Positions 47,384-57,225 of a stretch of DNA of 64,000 nt are shown piece after piece (within the stretch, counting starts at the first letter, position 1; each line of letters opens with the position of its first letter). The stretch comes from Pseudomonadota bacterium (GTDB lineage: Bacteria > Desulfobacterota > JAZDOA01): NCBI GenBank assembly GCA_043799175.1, contig JAZDOA010000156.1, positions 1,242-65,241 on the forward strand. The letters are read 5' to 3'. The notes below the pieces were generated by a model, which saw only the letters and a list, made by a program, of their open reading frames with translations, was not told the DNA's origin and searched no databases. The position numbers were made by a program, and so were the translations under genes.

Positions 47384-48948
47384 GATTTCTTCCCCTCGCG
47401 AACAGCCCCCCAAAAGACCCCCAGCCCCCCGGACACCGCCAGGCAGAGCCAGGCGAAGGCGTCGCCGATCTTGGTGTAAACCGTCTTGATAGTCATCAGC
47501 GGCACGACTCCGCGCACGTAGGTACGCTCTTGCAGCCTGGTGGCCGCGAGTACCCTGCCATCAGGCCCGATGAGGCCGCTGATACCCGTATTTGCCGCCC
47601 TTACCACCGCCCGCCTGGTCTCGACGGCCCTCAGGACGGACATGGAAAAATGCTGGTAAGGCGCGCTCGTCCCGCCGAACCAGGCGTCGTTGGTGATGAC
47701 CGCCAGGATCGTGGCCCCGCCGCCGACCGCCTCGCGGGCCAGGTCGGCGAAGATGCTCTCGAAGCAGATCAGCACCCCCACTCGTGCCGGCCTGGGGCCG
47801 CCCAAGGACAGGCAGCAGCCCGGTCGCCCGGCCTGGAAGTTGCCCACCGCCCGCACGGCCTTGCCCAGAAAGGGCATGTAGCTCTTCAGGGGCACGTATT
47901 CGCCGTAAGGCACGAGATGTACTTTGTCATACTTGGCGGTCGGCTGTCCACCCGGCGCCAGGAGATAAGCCCGATTATAATAGCATATGTCATCGGCGTC
48001 GAAATCGTAGGCCGGAGAACCCAGGAGCACGTAACTCGGCAGCCCCTTGAGCCCCTCCATCACCTTCGGGGTGAAGCGGTCTTCCAAGAGGAAGTAGAAG
48101 GGCAGGGCGGTCTCCGGCCAGACGATCAGGTCCGGGTGGCTGGCGGCCGCCTTTTCGGTGAGTTTTCGGTATATCTCGACGGACTTGCCCTGAAAGCCGT
48201 CCGACCACTTGACCCCCTGGTCGATATTGCCCTGCACCGCCACCACCGCCAGTTTGGGCGCCGCCGCGGCGGCGGCCTCTATGTGCCCCAGCCGGAAGTG
48301 ACCGTAAGTGAGCGTCAGGGATAGCGCCGCCAGGGCGGCCAGGCCCGCGACCACGCCCCTGGAGGTCTTTTCTTCGGCCCAGGCGGCAACCAGCGCGGCG
48401 TTGACCAGCACCACCACGAAGCTCAGCAGGGCCACGCCCCCCAGGTCGGCCGCCTGCACGAAGCCGTTCCAGGTGTACTGGCTCGCCCCCAGCTCCGCCC
48501 AGGGGAACCCGGTGAGCAGAATGCCCCGCAAATACTCCAGCCCCACCCATAAGGGAGGGGCGACGACCCATTGGGGCAGGCCGCACCGGGAGGCATACGC
48601 CAGGCCCAGCCCGAACAGGGCCGAATACATCGCCAGGTAAAGGACCAGCAGGGCCGCCACGCCCACCCCGGCCGGAAGGCTCATGCCTCCGTAGGTGGTG
48701 GTGACGTAGGCTATCCAGTATATGACAAGGCTGAACTCGAAGATTCCGGCCACGGCCCCGAGCAGCAGACCGCGCCTGGGCGTGGCGTGGCGCAGCGCCA
48801 GGAGCAGGGGGGCCAGGCCCACCCATGCCAGGGGCCACAGCCCAACAAACTTGGGAAAGGCCAACCCGACGAGGCCGCCGCCGAGGGCGGCCAGGAATAT
48901 ATCAAGATAAGGCGCGGAGACTATGGAAGTTTCAGATCTGTGCCGCAT
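47380..48948 (-). CDS. lnt: Apolipoprotein N-acyltransferase
   Basis: N-terminal polytopic membrane domain followed by a CN-hydrolase domain (E...K...C triad region CFESIF); start tentatively the internal MRHRS; overlaps the prfB ATG (ATGA). Confidence 0.85.
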   Translation of the reverse strand: MRHRSETSIVSAPYLDIFLAALGGGLVGLAFPKFVGLWPLAWVGLAPLLLALRHATPRRGLLLGAVAGIFEFSLVIYWIAYVTTTYGGMSLPAGVGVAALLVLYLAMYSALFGLGLAYASRCGLPQWVVAPPLWVGLEYLRGILLTGFPWAELGASQYTWNGFVQAADLGGVALLSFVVVLVNAALVAAWAEEKTSRGVVAGLAALAALSLTLTYGHFRLGHIEAAAAAAPKLAVVAVQGNIDQGVKWSDGFQGKSVEIYRKLTEKAAASHPDLIVWPETALPFYFLLEDRFTPKVMEGLKGLPSYVLLGSPAYDFDADDICYYNRAYLLAPGGQPTAKYDKVHLVPYGEYVPLKSYMPFLGKAVRAVGNFQAGRPGCCLSLGGPRPARVGVLICFESIFADLAREAVGGGATILAVITNDAWFGGTSAPYQHFSMSVLRAVETRRAVVRAANTGISGLIGPDGRVLAATRLQERTYVRGVVPLMTIKTVYTKIGDAFAWLCLAVSGGLGVFWGAVREGKKS

Positions 48949-49792
48949 CTTCGGGGCTTTTTTCAACCGCAGTGACCCGGAGGCTGTCAATTTTTCGCTC
49001 GTCGGCCGCCTCCACCAGGAACTCCAGCCCGTCGTAGCGGAAGATCTCTCCGGTTTCGGGCACCCGCCCGGCCAGGTTTACGACAAAGCCACCCACCGAG
49101 GCGAACTCGCCCTCGGGCAGATCCACGTTGAAGTGTTCCTCGATGAACTCCACCTCGAGCCGGGCATCCGCCAGCACGGTGTGGGGGTCAATCACGATGA
49201 GCCGCTTCTCCTCGAGGTCGTACTCGTCCTCGAGCTCGCCGACAATCTCCTCGACGATGTCCTCCACCGTGAGCAGCCCGGCGGTGCCGCCGTATTCGTC
49301 TATCACCACCGCGATATGAACCCGCTTGGCCTTCAGCTCTTTCAGCAGGTCACAGATCTTTTTGGTCTCGGGCACGAAGTAGGCGGGCCGGGCGATGCGG
49401 CGCAGGTCCATTTCGCCGTCTTTGGCCCCCCAGTGGGGCAGCAGATCCTTGGCATGCACCACGCCCACGATGCTGTCCAGGTTGTGCTCGAAGATAGGAA
49501 TGCGGGAGTGGCCGCTTTCGATTATGACATTGATGATTTCCGGGGCGGTGCTCTCCACGGACGCCGCAGCCATTTCGGTCCGCGGGACCATGATCTCCCG
49601 TACCAGGGTGTCCTTGAACTCCAGTATGCTCCCGATCATATCCTCTTCTTCGGAGGATATGAGACCCTCGGCCCTGGCCGAGCTCAGGAGGCGGATGACT
49701 CTTTCCTTGACGTGTCCGGGGATTTCCGGCCGCCCGCCGAAAAGCCGGGCAAACCTCACCAGAAGGCTGTTACTGTCGCCGTCTTCGTCCAA
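48932..49792 (-). CDS. corC: CBS-pair / CorC_HlyC domain protein (CorC/YbeX family Mg/Co efflux-associated)
   Basis: Two CBS motifs followed by a C-terminal CorC_HlyC transporter-associated domain; conserved ybeX-lnt arrangement. Confidence 0.8.
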   Translation of the reverse strand: MDEDGDSNSLLVRFARLFGGRPEIPGHVKERVIRLLSSARAEGLISSEEEDMIGSILEFKDTLVREIMVPRTEMAAASVESTAPEIINVIIESGHSRIPIFEHNLDSIVGVVHAKDLLPHWGAKDGEMDLRRIARPAYFVPETKKICDLLKELKAKRVHIAVVIDEYGGTAGLLTVEDIVEEIVGELEDEYDLEEKRLIVIDPHTVLADARLEVEFIEEHFNVDLPEGEFASVGGFVVNLAGRVPETGEIFRYDGLEFLVEAADERKIDSLRVTAVEKSPEDAAQI

Positions 49793-49872
49793 CGCGGGTG
49801 CTCCGATGCATAACGCTTAGCAATTGAATGTACTACAGAACCAATAGAACCACATGCCGGGTATGCTGTCAA

Positions 49873-50751
49873 TCAGTGTCGTTTACTTTGCAGGATGTAT
49901 GCCATCAGCTTATAAGCCAGCTTGGCCGCCGTGAAATCGGACACCGGGCTGAGTGCCAGGGGGCACAGTTCGACTAGGTCAAAGCCGATTATCTCCCGCC
50001 TCGCGGCCACCTCGCGCAACAAAGAAAGGGTGGCGTACCAGCTCAGCCCACCCGGTTCCGGCGTGCCCACCGCGGGCATTATGGACGGGTCGAGCGCGTC
50101 GAGGTCGATAGTAATGTAGACGCGGGGAAGGAGGCGGTCAAGGATCTGCTGAATGGCCTCGCCTCTTTCCACGCTGGAGACCGAAATGGGGTTCAGGCCG
50201 CGCAGCCGCATGAAGGCGGCTTCCTCGGCACAGTAAGAACGTATGCCCACGGGCACGACGGGGGCATGGTCCAGCGCCCGGCGCATGGTGCAGGCGTGGC
50301 TGTAGGGGGTGCCCAGATAGGAGTCCCGCAGGTCGGCGTGGGCGTCGAGCTGCAGGATGCTGAAAGAATCCCCGCACACCGCCTTGGCGGCGCGTATGGG
50401 CGCCAGGCTGACGGTGTGCTCTCCCCCGAGGGTGACCAGCAGTTGGCCCGCCTCGAGAACCTGCCGACAGATAGGCTCCAGTACCTCCAGGGCGGCCTGG
50501 GGGTCTGGAGGCAACTCCGGTTCATCGAGGGTATGTATTCCCGCCAGATGCGGCTCGGTGGCGGTCTCTTCCTCGAACAACTCCATGTTGCGGGAGGCGT
50601 CTATGATAGCCTGCGGCCCGAGCCGGGTGCCGGAACGGTAGGATACCGTGGCCTCGAACGGCGCGGGCATTACCACCACCCCCGCCTGGCGCGGGGCACA
50701 GGGGGGCAGGGCAGCAAAGTTCCAGGGGCGACCAGGCCAGTCAGGCATCAT
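49873..50751 (-). CDS. speB: Agmatinase / arginase-family ureohydrolase
   Basis: Mn-binding motifs GGEHTVS, LDAHADLR and ITIDLDALDPS; start placed at MMPDWPG with a G-rich SD (the ORF track extends to 50814). Confidence 0.8.
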   Translation of the reverse strand: MMPDWPGRPWNFAALPPCAPRQAGVVVMPAPFEATVSYRSGTRLGPQAIIDASRNMELFEEETATEPHLAGIHTLDEPELPPDPQAALEVLEPICRQVLEAGQLLVTLGGEHTVSLAPIRAAKAVCGDSFSILQLDAHADLRDSYLGTPYSHACTMRRALDHAPVVPVGIRSYCAEEAAFMRLRGLNPISVSSVERGEAIQQILDRLLPRVYITIDLDALDPSIMPAVGTPEPGGLSWYATLSLLREVAARREIIGFDLVELCPLALSPVSDFTAAKLAYKLMAYILQSKRH

Positions 50752-50761
50752 GGCCAGCCCC

Positions 50762-51199
50762 CTAAAGGAGCTTCTGCCGCCTGTCCTCACGGACAATCTT
50801 TGCCGCCTCCCCAAGGTGGTTCGGGAAGTGGAGGCCGCGGTCCAAAATGCGGACCTCCAGCTTGTCTATGGCAAAGTACTCCTTGATGTGGGCCACCGCG
50901 CTGTCGGCATCGAAGGCCTTGCAGGAGAAAATGTCGAGGCTCAGGTAGTCCTTGTCTGGAAAGGTATGCACGCTGATGTGGCTCTCGGCTATAAGGACGA
51001 AACCGGACAGACCCCAGTCCTCGGGCTTCACGCCCTCGTACTTGAAAACGTAAGGGGGCATGATCTTGGTCATATGGATCTGGTCCGGGTATTCGTTCAG
51101 AAACTCATAGATGACGCCGAGATCCCGCAGTTTGGCGCCGTCGCAACCGTAGCCGTCCACCATGAGGTGCTGTCCGAAACCGAACTCTGGCTTGTTCAC
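50762..51199 (-). CDS. speH: S-adenosylmethionine decarboxylase proenzyme (small SpeH type)
   Basis: Family motif around the autoprocessing Ser (FVLIAESHISVHTFPD); likely GTG start at about 51199 preceded by GGGAGGAG (the ORF track extends to 51355). Confidence 0.75.
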   Translation of the reverse strand: MNKPEFGFGQHLMVDGYGCDGAKLRDLGVIYEFLNEYPDQIHMTKIMPPYVFKYEGVKPEDWGLSGFVLIAESHISVHTFPDKDYLSLDIFSCKAFDADSAVAHIKEYFAIDKLEVRILDRGLHFPNHLGEAAKIVREDRRQKLL

Positions 51200-51230
51200 T
51201 CTGATACTCCTCCCGCTCTGCTCGATTTGG

Positions 51231-51785
51231 CTAATATATTGGTGGCGTGACCACCCACAGGATGCGAGCCGCGTGAGGGCCGCAGTTCTCGACAGAGTGG
51301 ACACTCCGGGCTGAGAAGTAGAAACAGTCACCCTTGCCCAGTTTATGAGCTGCATTATCGACTTTCAATGCAACCCTCCCTTGGAGGACCAGCCCGAACT
51401 CCTCGCCCTCGTGAGGGCCGTGGGCCTCGGTCTGCTCGCCGCTCTGCAGCGTGACCAGAACCGGATCCATCCGGCGGTTCTGGGCGTCGGGCACCAGCAC
51501 CTCTACGCTGTAGCCCTCGGTGCTGTCTGAGGTCAGGACACGGTTCGCTTTCTTGTAGACAGCGGTAACCTGCTGATCGTCCTTGAAAAATTCGTCCATC
51601 CGCACCCCGAAGACATCAAGGATGTCTTTAAGGGTGGCAATGGAAGGGGACGTCTGGTCCCGCTCCAATTGCGAGATAAAGCCTTTGGTCAGGAAGGCCC
51701 GGTTGGCCAACTCTTCTTGCGTGAGCGAATTGGAGCTTCGCAGTCTCCGAAGCTTCTCGCCTATCTTTAATGCCGCGCCGTTCAT
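51231..51785 (-). CDS. XRE-family HTH transcriptional regulator with C-terminal cupin sensor domain
   Basis: HTH (LRRLRSSNSLTQEELANRAFLTKGFISQLER) plus a cupin fold (HGPHEGEEFGLVLQG...H); 184 aa. Confidence 0.8.
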   Translation of the reverse strand: MNGAALKIGEKLRRLRSSNSLTQEELANRAFLTKGFISQLERDQTSPSIATLKDILDVFGVRMDEFFKDDQQVTAVYKKANRVLTSDSTEGYSVEVLVPDAQNRRMDPVLVTLQSGEQTEAHGPHEGEEFGLVLQGRVALKVDNAAHKLGKGDCFYFSARSVHSVENCGPHAARILWVVTPPIY

Positions 51786-51972
51786 GTTTAGCTGGGCTAT
51801 ACAGAAAGTTTAGTGACACTAGCTTTTAGTCGAGCTCCGGCTTTTTGTCAAGGACTTTACCGGCCCATGGGGCCATTTTTTGAGTCTGACCACCCCGCAA
51901 GGGCACCGCGCCGCTTGACAGCCGCCCGTCACATGAAATAGCCTGACTGGTTAGTTCATTAAGGAGAAGCGA

Positions 51973-52191
51973 ATGCGAAACGAAGAACAGATCCGGGAAA
52001 AGGTCGCGGAGTGCGTGGCGAATCTGCGCGACCTGACCGCCAAGGTCGAGTTCGGGGGGCAGGATTTTATCGTCGCCGACCGCAACGTCACGACTCTGTC
52101 CGTCTTGCTTTGGGCACTGGAGGAGGCGCCGCCCGATGAGGTAAAGAAGCTCGCGGACTCCGTGCTTTCCAAGTTCCGCCAGGCCAGCTGA
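51973..52191 (+). CDS. Small hypothetical protein (72 aa)
   Basis: ORF with a plausible SD (AAGGAGAAG) 5' of the ATG; no identifiable motifs. Confidence 0.35.
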   Translation: MRNEEQIREKVAECVANLRDLTAKVEFGGQDFIVADRNVTTLSVLLWALEEAPPDEVKKLADSVLSKFRQAS

Positions 52192-52216
52192 GCAACGGAG
52201 CGGGGCGACGGGCGAC

Positions 52217-53023
52217 ATGAAACAGATCGGCATCCTCGCCAGAAAAAAACAGGCCGTGGAGCTGGCCGAAAGGCTCAAGGTCTGGCTCCGGGCCAAGGGC
52301 GTCGAGCCCATCGAGGCCAAGGACGACCTGCCCGCTTCCGTGGGGGCGGTGGTGGTGTTGGGTGGTGACGGCACCATGCTGCACGCCGTCAAGCTGGTGG
52401 GCGCCAAGAACATCCCCGTGCTAGGCATCAACCTGGGTGAACTGGGCTTCCTGACGGAGGTCTCCGTGGCCGAGATGTATGACGCCATGGAGATGGTTTT
52501 GGCGGGCAACTACCAGTTGGAGCGCCGCATGATGCTTTCGGCCTGTCTCTTCAAGGACGGGGCGCAGGAGTGCGAGCGGCTGGTGCTCAACGACGTGGTC
52601 TTCAATCGCGGGGCGGTGGCGAGGCTGGTCCATCTGCGCACCACCATAGACGGCCGCTACCTCACCACCTACCGGGCAGACGGCCTGATCGTGACCACCC
52701 CGACGGGCTCCACCGCCTACAGCCTCTCGGCTGGAGGGCCGATTGTCGACCCCACCCACGACACCATTCTCCTGACGCCCATATGCCCCCACACCCTGAC
52801 CAACAGGCCCATCGTCCTGCCGGACACCTGCGTGGTGCGGGTGGAGATGGGCGGCAGCGGCATCCGCAACGTCAGCCTCACCTTCGACGGCCAGCCCGGC
52901 TACGAGCTTGATGCCGGAGACGTCGTCGAGGTGCAGAAGGCCCGGATGTATTTTAGCCTCATCAGGCTGCCCGGCAAGGACTACTTCGACAATCTTCGCA
53001 CCCGGCTCAAGTGGGGCGGATGA
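52217..53023 (+). CDS. nadK: NAD(+) kinase
   Basis: GGDGT motif (VVVLGGDGTML), NE/D short motif and conserved C-terminal region; 268 aa. Confidence 0.9.
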   Translation: MKQIGILARKKQAVELAERLKVWLRAKGVEPIEAKDDLPASVGAVVVLGGDGTMLHAVKLVGAKNIPVLGINLGELGFLTEVSVAEMYDAMEMVLAGNYQLERRMMLSACLFKDGAQECERLVLNDVVFNRGAVARLVHLRTTIDGRYLTTYRADGLIVTTPTGSTAYSLSAGGPIVDPTHDTILLTPICPHTLTNRPIVLPDTCVVRVEMGGSGIRNVSLTFDGQPGYELDAGDVVEVQKARMYFSLIRLPGKDYFDNLRTRLKWGG

Positions 53024-53064
53024 AGTGGCGGGACCACCCTGGCGGCCTGTTGAAAACGGCCTTG

Positions 53065-53349
53065 CTAGGGTTTGACGAGCGTATAGATCCCTATCAGCAC
53101 AAAAAGCACGCCGGCGCCGCCGCGCAGGTAGTGGGGTGGAATTGCCTTGCCCAAGGCGGCCCCGAAAATCACGGCCAGGAGGCTGGTCAGGACCAGCGCG
53201 GCCGAGGCGCCCAAGAAGACCTCCAGCCTGCCGGCCCGCGCTGAAGAGGAAAAGGTGAAGGTGGCCAACTGGGTCTTGTCACCCAGTTCCGCCAGGAAAA
53301 TGGCCAGGAACGTGGTGGCCATCACTTTAATGTCAATCATGAAACGCAC
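53065..53349 (-). CDS. UPF0016/GDT1-family small membrane protein (single E-x-G-D-K-T repeat)
   Basis: Contains the ELGDKTQLAT signature of the TMEM165/GDT1 family; 94 aa with three TM helices. Confidence 0.55.
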   Translation of the reverse strand: MRFMIDIKVMATTFLAIFLAELGDKTQLATFTFSSSARAGRLEVFLGASAALVLTSLLAVIFGAALGKAIPPHYLRGGAGVLFVLIGIYTLVKP

Positions 53350-53446
53350 CTCGCGGACCTTGCTGGGGTTTTTTCTGAACCCTCCAGCCAGGTGATCCTA
53401 GCAACGCCCGCGGCGAGAGGCAAGCAACGGGAGTCGGAGACGAACA

Positions 53447-54769
53447 GTGGCGGATATTTTACCCTTCAGGGCCTTGCGCTACGACCTGGCCCGAATAAAG
53501 CGTATCGAGGATGTCGTCACCCCACCCTATGACGTCATCGGGCCGCGGGAGCAGGAGTCTTACCTGGCCGCCAGCCCCTACAACATAGTGCGGCTGGAGC
53601 TGCCCCAAGCCGGCCCGGACCACGGCCCGGACGGCGGCGACGGCTGGGCACAAAAGGCGGGTCAGTGGCTGCGCCAGTGGCGCCAGGAGGGCGTACTGGT
53701 CCGCGACCCGGCCGGGTCTTTCTACTATTGCGAAACCGATTACACCGCCCAGGGAGAGCGGCGCTGCCGCAGGGGTTTCATCGGCCTGGTCCGCGCCGAT
53801 GAGTTCGGCGGGGCCGTCCGGCGTCACGAAATGACCTTCTCCCGGGTCAAGGCAGGCCGCCTGAGCCTCATAAGAGAGTGCCGGGCCAATCTCAGCCCCG
53901 TCTTCGGCCTCTACGAAGACCCACCCGACAGGGCCATCGAGGCGCTCCGGGCCTCCGCCCAGGGGCCGCCCGAGGTGGTTTTCGAGGACCGGGGCGGCTG
54001 CGGCCACCGGCTGTGGCGGGTGAGCGACGCCCAAAAAACCTTGAGTGAGGTGGTCGCCGCCCTGAAGGACTCCCTCATCGTCATTGCCGACGGCCACCAC
54101 CGCTACGAGACCGCCGTGGCCTACAGGCAGCAGATGCGGGCCACCTTCCCCGACGCGCCGCCGGAGGCCGCCTTCAACTACGTCATGATTTACCTGTGCA
54201 ACAGCCAGGACAAGGGACTCACCGTGCTGCCCTCCCATAGGCTGCTCGCCGCCCCGGAAGGCTTTTCCCTGGAGGAGTTCGACCGCCGGGCCTCGGTCTG
54301 GTTCGAGGTGCGTCACTTCTCTGGGGCCAATAAGACACCCTTCCTGGCCGCTCTGGCCGAGGGCGGCCGCGCGGGCAATGCCATCGGGTTTTACGCCGGG
54401 GGCGGATACCGCCTGCTCCTTCTCAAGGAGGGTGTTATGTCAGGGCCGGAGGCCGAGGGGCTGCCTGGCCCGGTCCGCGCGCTCGATGTCGTCGTGTTCA
54501 GCCGCCTGCTGCTACAGCGGGTTCTGAACCTGCCCGGCGATGAAGACGAGCGGCTGATCCAATACATTTCGGACACTGACCGCGCGCTCCAGGCCGCCCA
54601 AGAAACGGGCCGCCTGGCCTTCCTGCTGAACCCCACCCCGGTGGCGCAGGTCCAGGAGGTGGCCCGGCAGCGTCTGACCATGCCGCGCAAGTCCACCTAC
54701 TTCTATCCCAAGGTGATGTCCGGCCTGACCATCAACCCCTTGGAGTATCCGGCCTCGGACGTTTTTTGA
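53447..54769 (+). CDS. DUF1015-family protein
   Basis: The N-terminus ILPFRALRY and overall 440-aa length match the DUF1015 family. Confidence 0.6.
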   Translation: MADILPFRALRYDLARIKRIEDVVTPPYDVIGPREQESYLAASPYNIVRLELPQAGPDHGPDGGDGWAQKAGQWLRQWRQEGVLVRDPAGSFYYCETDYTAQGERRCRRGFIGLVRADEFGGAVRRHEMTFSRVKAGRLSLIRECRANLSPVFGLYEDPPDRAIEALRASAQGPPEVVFEDRGGCGHRLWRVSDAQKTLSEVVAALKDSLIVIADGHHRYETAVAYRQQMRATFPDAPPEAAFNYVMIYLCNSQDKGLTVLPSHRLLAAPEGFSLEEFDRRASVWFEVRHFSGANKTPFLAALAEGGRAGNAIGFYAGGGYRLLLLKEGVMSGPEAEGLPGPVRALDVVVFSRLLLQRVLNLPGDEDERLIQYISDTDRALQAAQETGRLAFLLNPTPVAQVQEVARQRLTMPRKSTYFYPKVMSGLTINPLEYPASDVF

Positions 54770-55527
54770 GCGGCAAGGCGGCGGATGAAGAAGAAAAGAC
54801 CCAGGACGCCCTCTTCGGGGGGCGTCTGGTTCTGTCTCAGAGCCGGCGGGGCTATCGGTACTCCATAGATGCCCCCATTCTGGCCCACTTCGCCGCGGGC
54901 GCCGTCAGGGAGCCCATGGTTGACCTGGGGGCCGGGTGCGGGGTGATAGCCCTGATACTGGCCTTCAAGTTCGGCCTGGGGCGCATAACCGCCCTGGAGC
55001 TGCAGCCGGGGCTGGCCGCGCTGGCAGCGCGAAACGTCGCCGCCAATCACCTTGAGGAGCGCATCACGGTGTTTTCGGCCGACCTGACCGCCGTTGACCG
55101 GCTTCCCGCCGCATCCGCCGCGGGGGTGGTCTGTAACCCCCCTTATCGCGGACTGGGCACGGGCCGGGTGAATCCCGCCACCGAAAAGGCCCTGGCCCGG
55201 CACGAGCTGGCGGCAGAACTTCCCCAGATAGTTGCCGCCGCCGCCCATCTGCTGACGGCCAAGGGGCGCTTCTTCATTATTTATCCGGCGCCCAGGCTGG
55301 CGGCACTGTTTTCGGCGCTGGCGCGGGGTGGCCTGGAGCCCAAGCGGTTGAGGCCCGTACACTCTTTCGCCGCCGAGGACGCGGTGCTGGTGCTGGTGGA
55401 GGCCCTGAAAGGGGGAGGGGAGGGGCTGCGGATCGAGCCTCCCCTGGTGATCTACGGCTCGGAGGGCCGCTACGGCGAGGAGGTCAGCTCCTACTTCGAG
55501 GCGGACCCTGATGGGGGCGGCTCTTGA
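54766..55527 (+). CDS. tRNA (adenine-N6)-methyltransferase-like SAM-dependent MTase (TrmN6/YfiC family)
   Basis: SAM motif I (VDLGAGCGVIAL) and motif IV NPPY; TTG start overlapping the upstream stop. Confidence 0.7.
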   Translation: MSGKAADEEEKTQDALFGGRLVLSQSRRGYRYSIDAPILAHFAAGAVREPMVDLGAGCGVIALILAFKFGLGRITALELQPGLAALAARNVAANHLEERITVFSADLTAVDRLPAASAAGVVCNPPYRGLGTGRVNPATEKALARHELAAELPQIVAAAAHLLTAKGRFFIIYPAPRLAALFSALARGGLEPKRLRPVHSFAAEDAVLVLVEALKGGGEGLRIEPPLVIYGSEGRYGEEVSSYFEADPDGGGS

Positions 55528-55828
55528 TGATTCTCACCTCCCGGACCCAAAAACCCGGCCCCAGGATGGCGTTGGCGCCATCCACCAACTGCAGGGAGCG
55601 CAACTGGGCCTCCTGAGCCCAAAGAGGGTTGTCCGCCTCGAGCCAGAGGACACCTTCTTCCAGCGCGATAGGGCGCACGGCCCTGGCCAGGATTTCCCCC
55701 CCCGCCATCTGCTCCCAGCCGTGGTGCAAGGCCATGAGCCGCTGGAGGTGGCGAAAGCGCGCCTCGCCCAGGACGGCCTCCAGCAGGTTGCCCAGTTTGC
55801 GCGGCTCGCGGTTTCTTTCGTCGGTCAT
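55484..55828 (-). CDS. DUF721 (DciA-like) domain protein
   Basis: 114 aa with characteristic DUF721 sequence (LGNLL...W....G..IA..A.P......G.L.V...N..WAQEL). Confidence 0.5.
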   Translation of the reverse strand: MTDERNREPRKLGNLLEAVLGEARFRHLQRLMALHHGWEQMAGGEILARAVRPIALEEGVLWLEADNPLWAQEAQLRSLQLVDGANAILGPGFWVREVRIIKSRPHQGPPRSRS

Positions 55829-57225
55829 ATTCGTTCGCTCCGGGGTATCGAAGGGCGACTGGCACTTTTTACAGGACTATTAATCTCGTGTTGAGCCTGT
55901 CCCTGCACGATGGAGCGGATCTTGTCCAAGCGCTGGGGCGTAGGCGCCTCGCAGCGGATTACCACGACCGGCTGGGTGTTGGAGGCCCGGACCAGCCCCC
56001 AGGCGCCGTCTCCAAAGTCAATTCTGGCTCCGTCGATATCGCATATGGCGTATTTTTTCCGCCGAAAATGCTCCGTCAGCCGCGAAACCACCTCAAACTT
56101 GGCCTCGTCGGGGCAGGGGATTCTGATTTCGGGGGTGGCATGGGCAACCGGCAGGTCTTTCAGCAGGGCGCTCAGCGGCCCGGCGGATTCCGAAAATATT
56201 TCCAGCAGCCGCATGGCGGCATAGGTGGCGTCGTCGAAGCCGAAGTAGCGGTCGGCGAAGAAGAAGTGACCGGTCAGCTCTCCGGCGAGCAGCGCCCTCT
56301 CCTCGCGCATCTTGCTTCTTATGAGGCTGTGACCCGACTTCCACATGACGGGTCGCCCCCCTCGCGCCGCCAGGTCGGCAAAGAGGCGCCCGGAGCACTT
56401 GACCTCGGCGACCACCGTGGCGCCGGGGTTGCGGCCGAGGATGTCCCGGCCGAAGATGACCAGCAGATCATCTCCCCAAATGACGCTCCCTCGTTCGTCC
56501 ACCACCCCGAGGCGGTCGGCGTCTCCGTCAAAGGCGAAGCCGACGTCGGCCGCCTCCGCCAACACCCGGCGGCGGAGGTCCTCCAGGTTGGCCGGAACCG
56601 TGGGGTCGGGAAAATGATTGGGAAAGCGGCCGTCGACCTCGGTGAACATCTCTACCACCTGGCAGCCCAGGGCGCGCAGCGCCTGGGGGGCCACCAGGCC
56701 GGCGGTGCCGTTGCCGGCATCGAGCACCACCCGCGGGGGACGGGCCAGGCGGACTCTTCCGTCCAGTTGGGCCAGATAATGGGGCAGGACGTCGTAGGAG
56801 GCTTGGCACCCCCGAACGGACACGGCAAGCTGGCCCAGCTCCATGATCCGGCGCAGTTGTTGTATCTGGTCGCCATAAATGGTATCGCGGCCGACGCAGA
56901 TCTTGAAGCCGTTGAACTCCGGCGGGTTGTGGCTGCCGGTGATCATAATTCCGCCGTCCGCGGCCAGGTGCATGATGGAAAAGTACAGCACGGGGGTAGG
57001 CAACAGGCCGACGTCTATGACCTCCAGCCCGCCCGCGAGCATCCCCTCCAGGAGCTGGTCGTGCAGCCGGGGTGAGTGCAGGCGGCCGTCGCGACCCAGG
57101 CAGACCCGCTGTCCTGAGCCGATGAGAGTGGCATAGGCCCGGCCGAGGTTCTGGAGAAAGGCCTCGTCGAAGTCGCGCTCCACGATGCCGCGGATGTCAT
57201 ACTCCCGAAAGACCTCAGAATTCAT
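55825..57225 (-). CDS. Phosphomannomutase/phosphoglucomutase
   Basis: Active-site motif TGSHNPPEFNGFK, Mg-binding DGDADR and sugar-binding GEL(T/S)GH motifs; 466 aa. Confidence 0.9.
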   Translation of the reverse strand: MNSEVFREYDIRGIVERDFDEAFLQNLGRAYATLIGSGQRVCLGRDGRLHSPRLHDQLLEGMLAGGLEVIDVGLLPTPVLYFSIMHLAADGGIMITGSHNPPEFNGFKICVGRDTIYGDQIQQLRRIMELGQLAVSVRGCQASYDVLPHYLAQLDGRVRLARPPRVVLDAGNGTAGLVAPQALRALGCQVVEMFTEVDGRFPNHFPDPTVPANLEDLRRRVLAEAADVGFAFDGDADRLGVVDERGSVIWGDDLLVIFGRDILGRNPGATVVAEVKCSGRLFADLAARGGRPVMWKSGHSLIRSKMREERALLAGELTGHFFFADRYFGFDDATYAAMRLLEIFSESAGPLSALLKDLPVAHATPEIRIPCPDEAKFEVVSRLTEHFRRKKYAICDIDGARIDFGDGAWGLVRASNTQPVVVIRCEAPTPQRLDKIRSIVQGQAQHEINSPVKSASRPSIPRSERI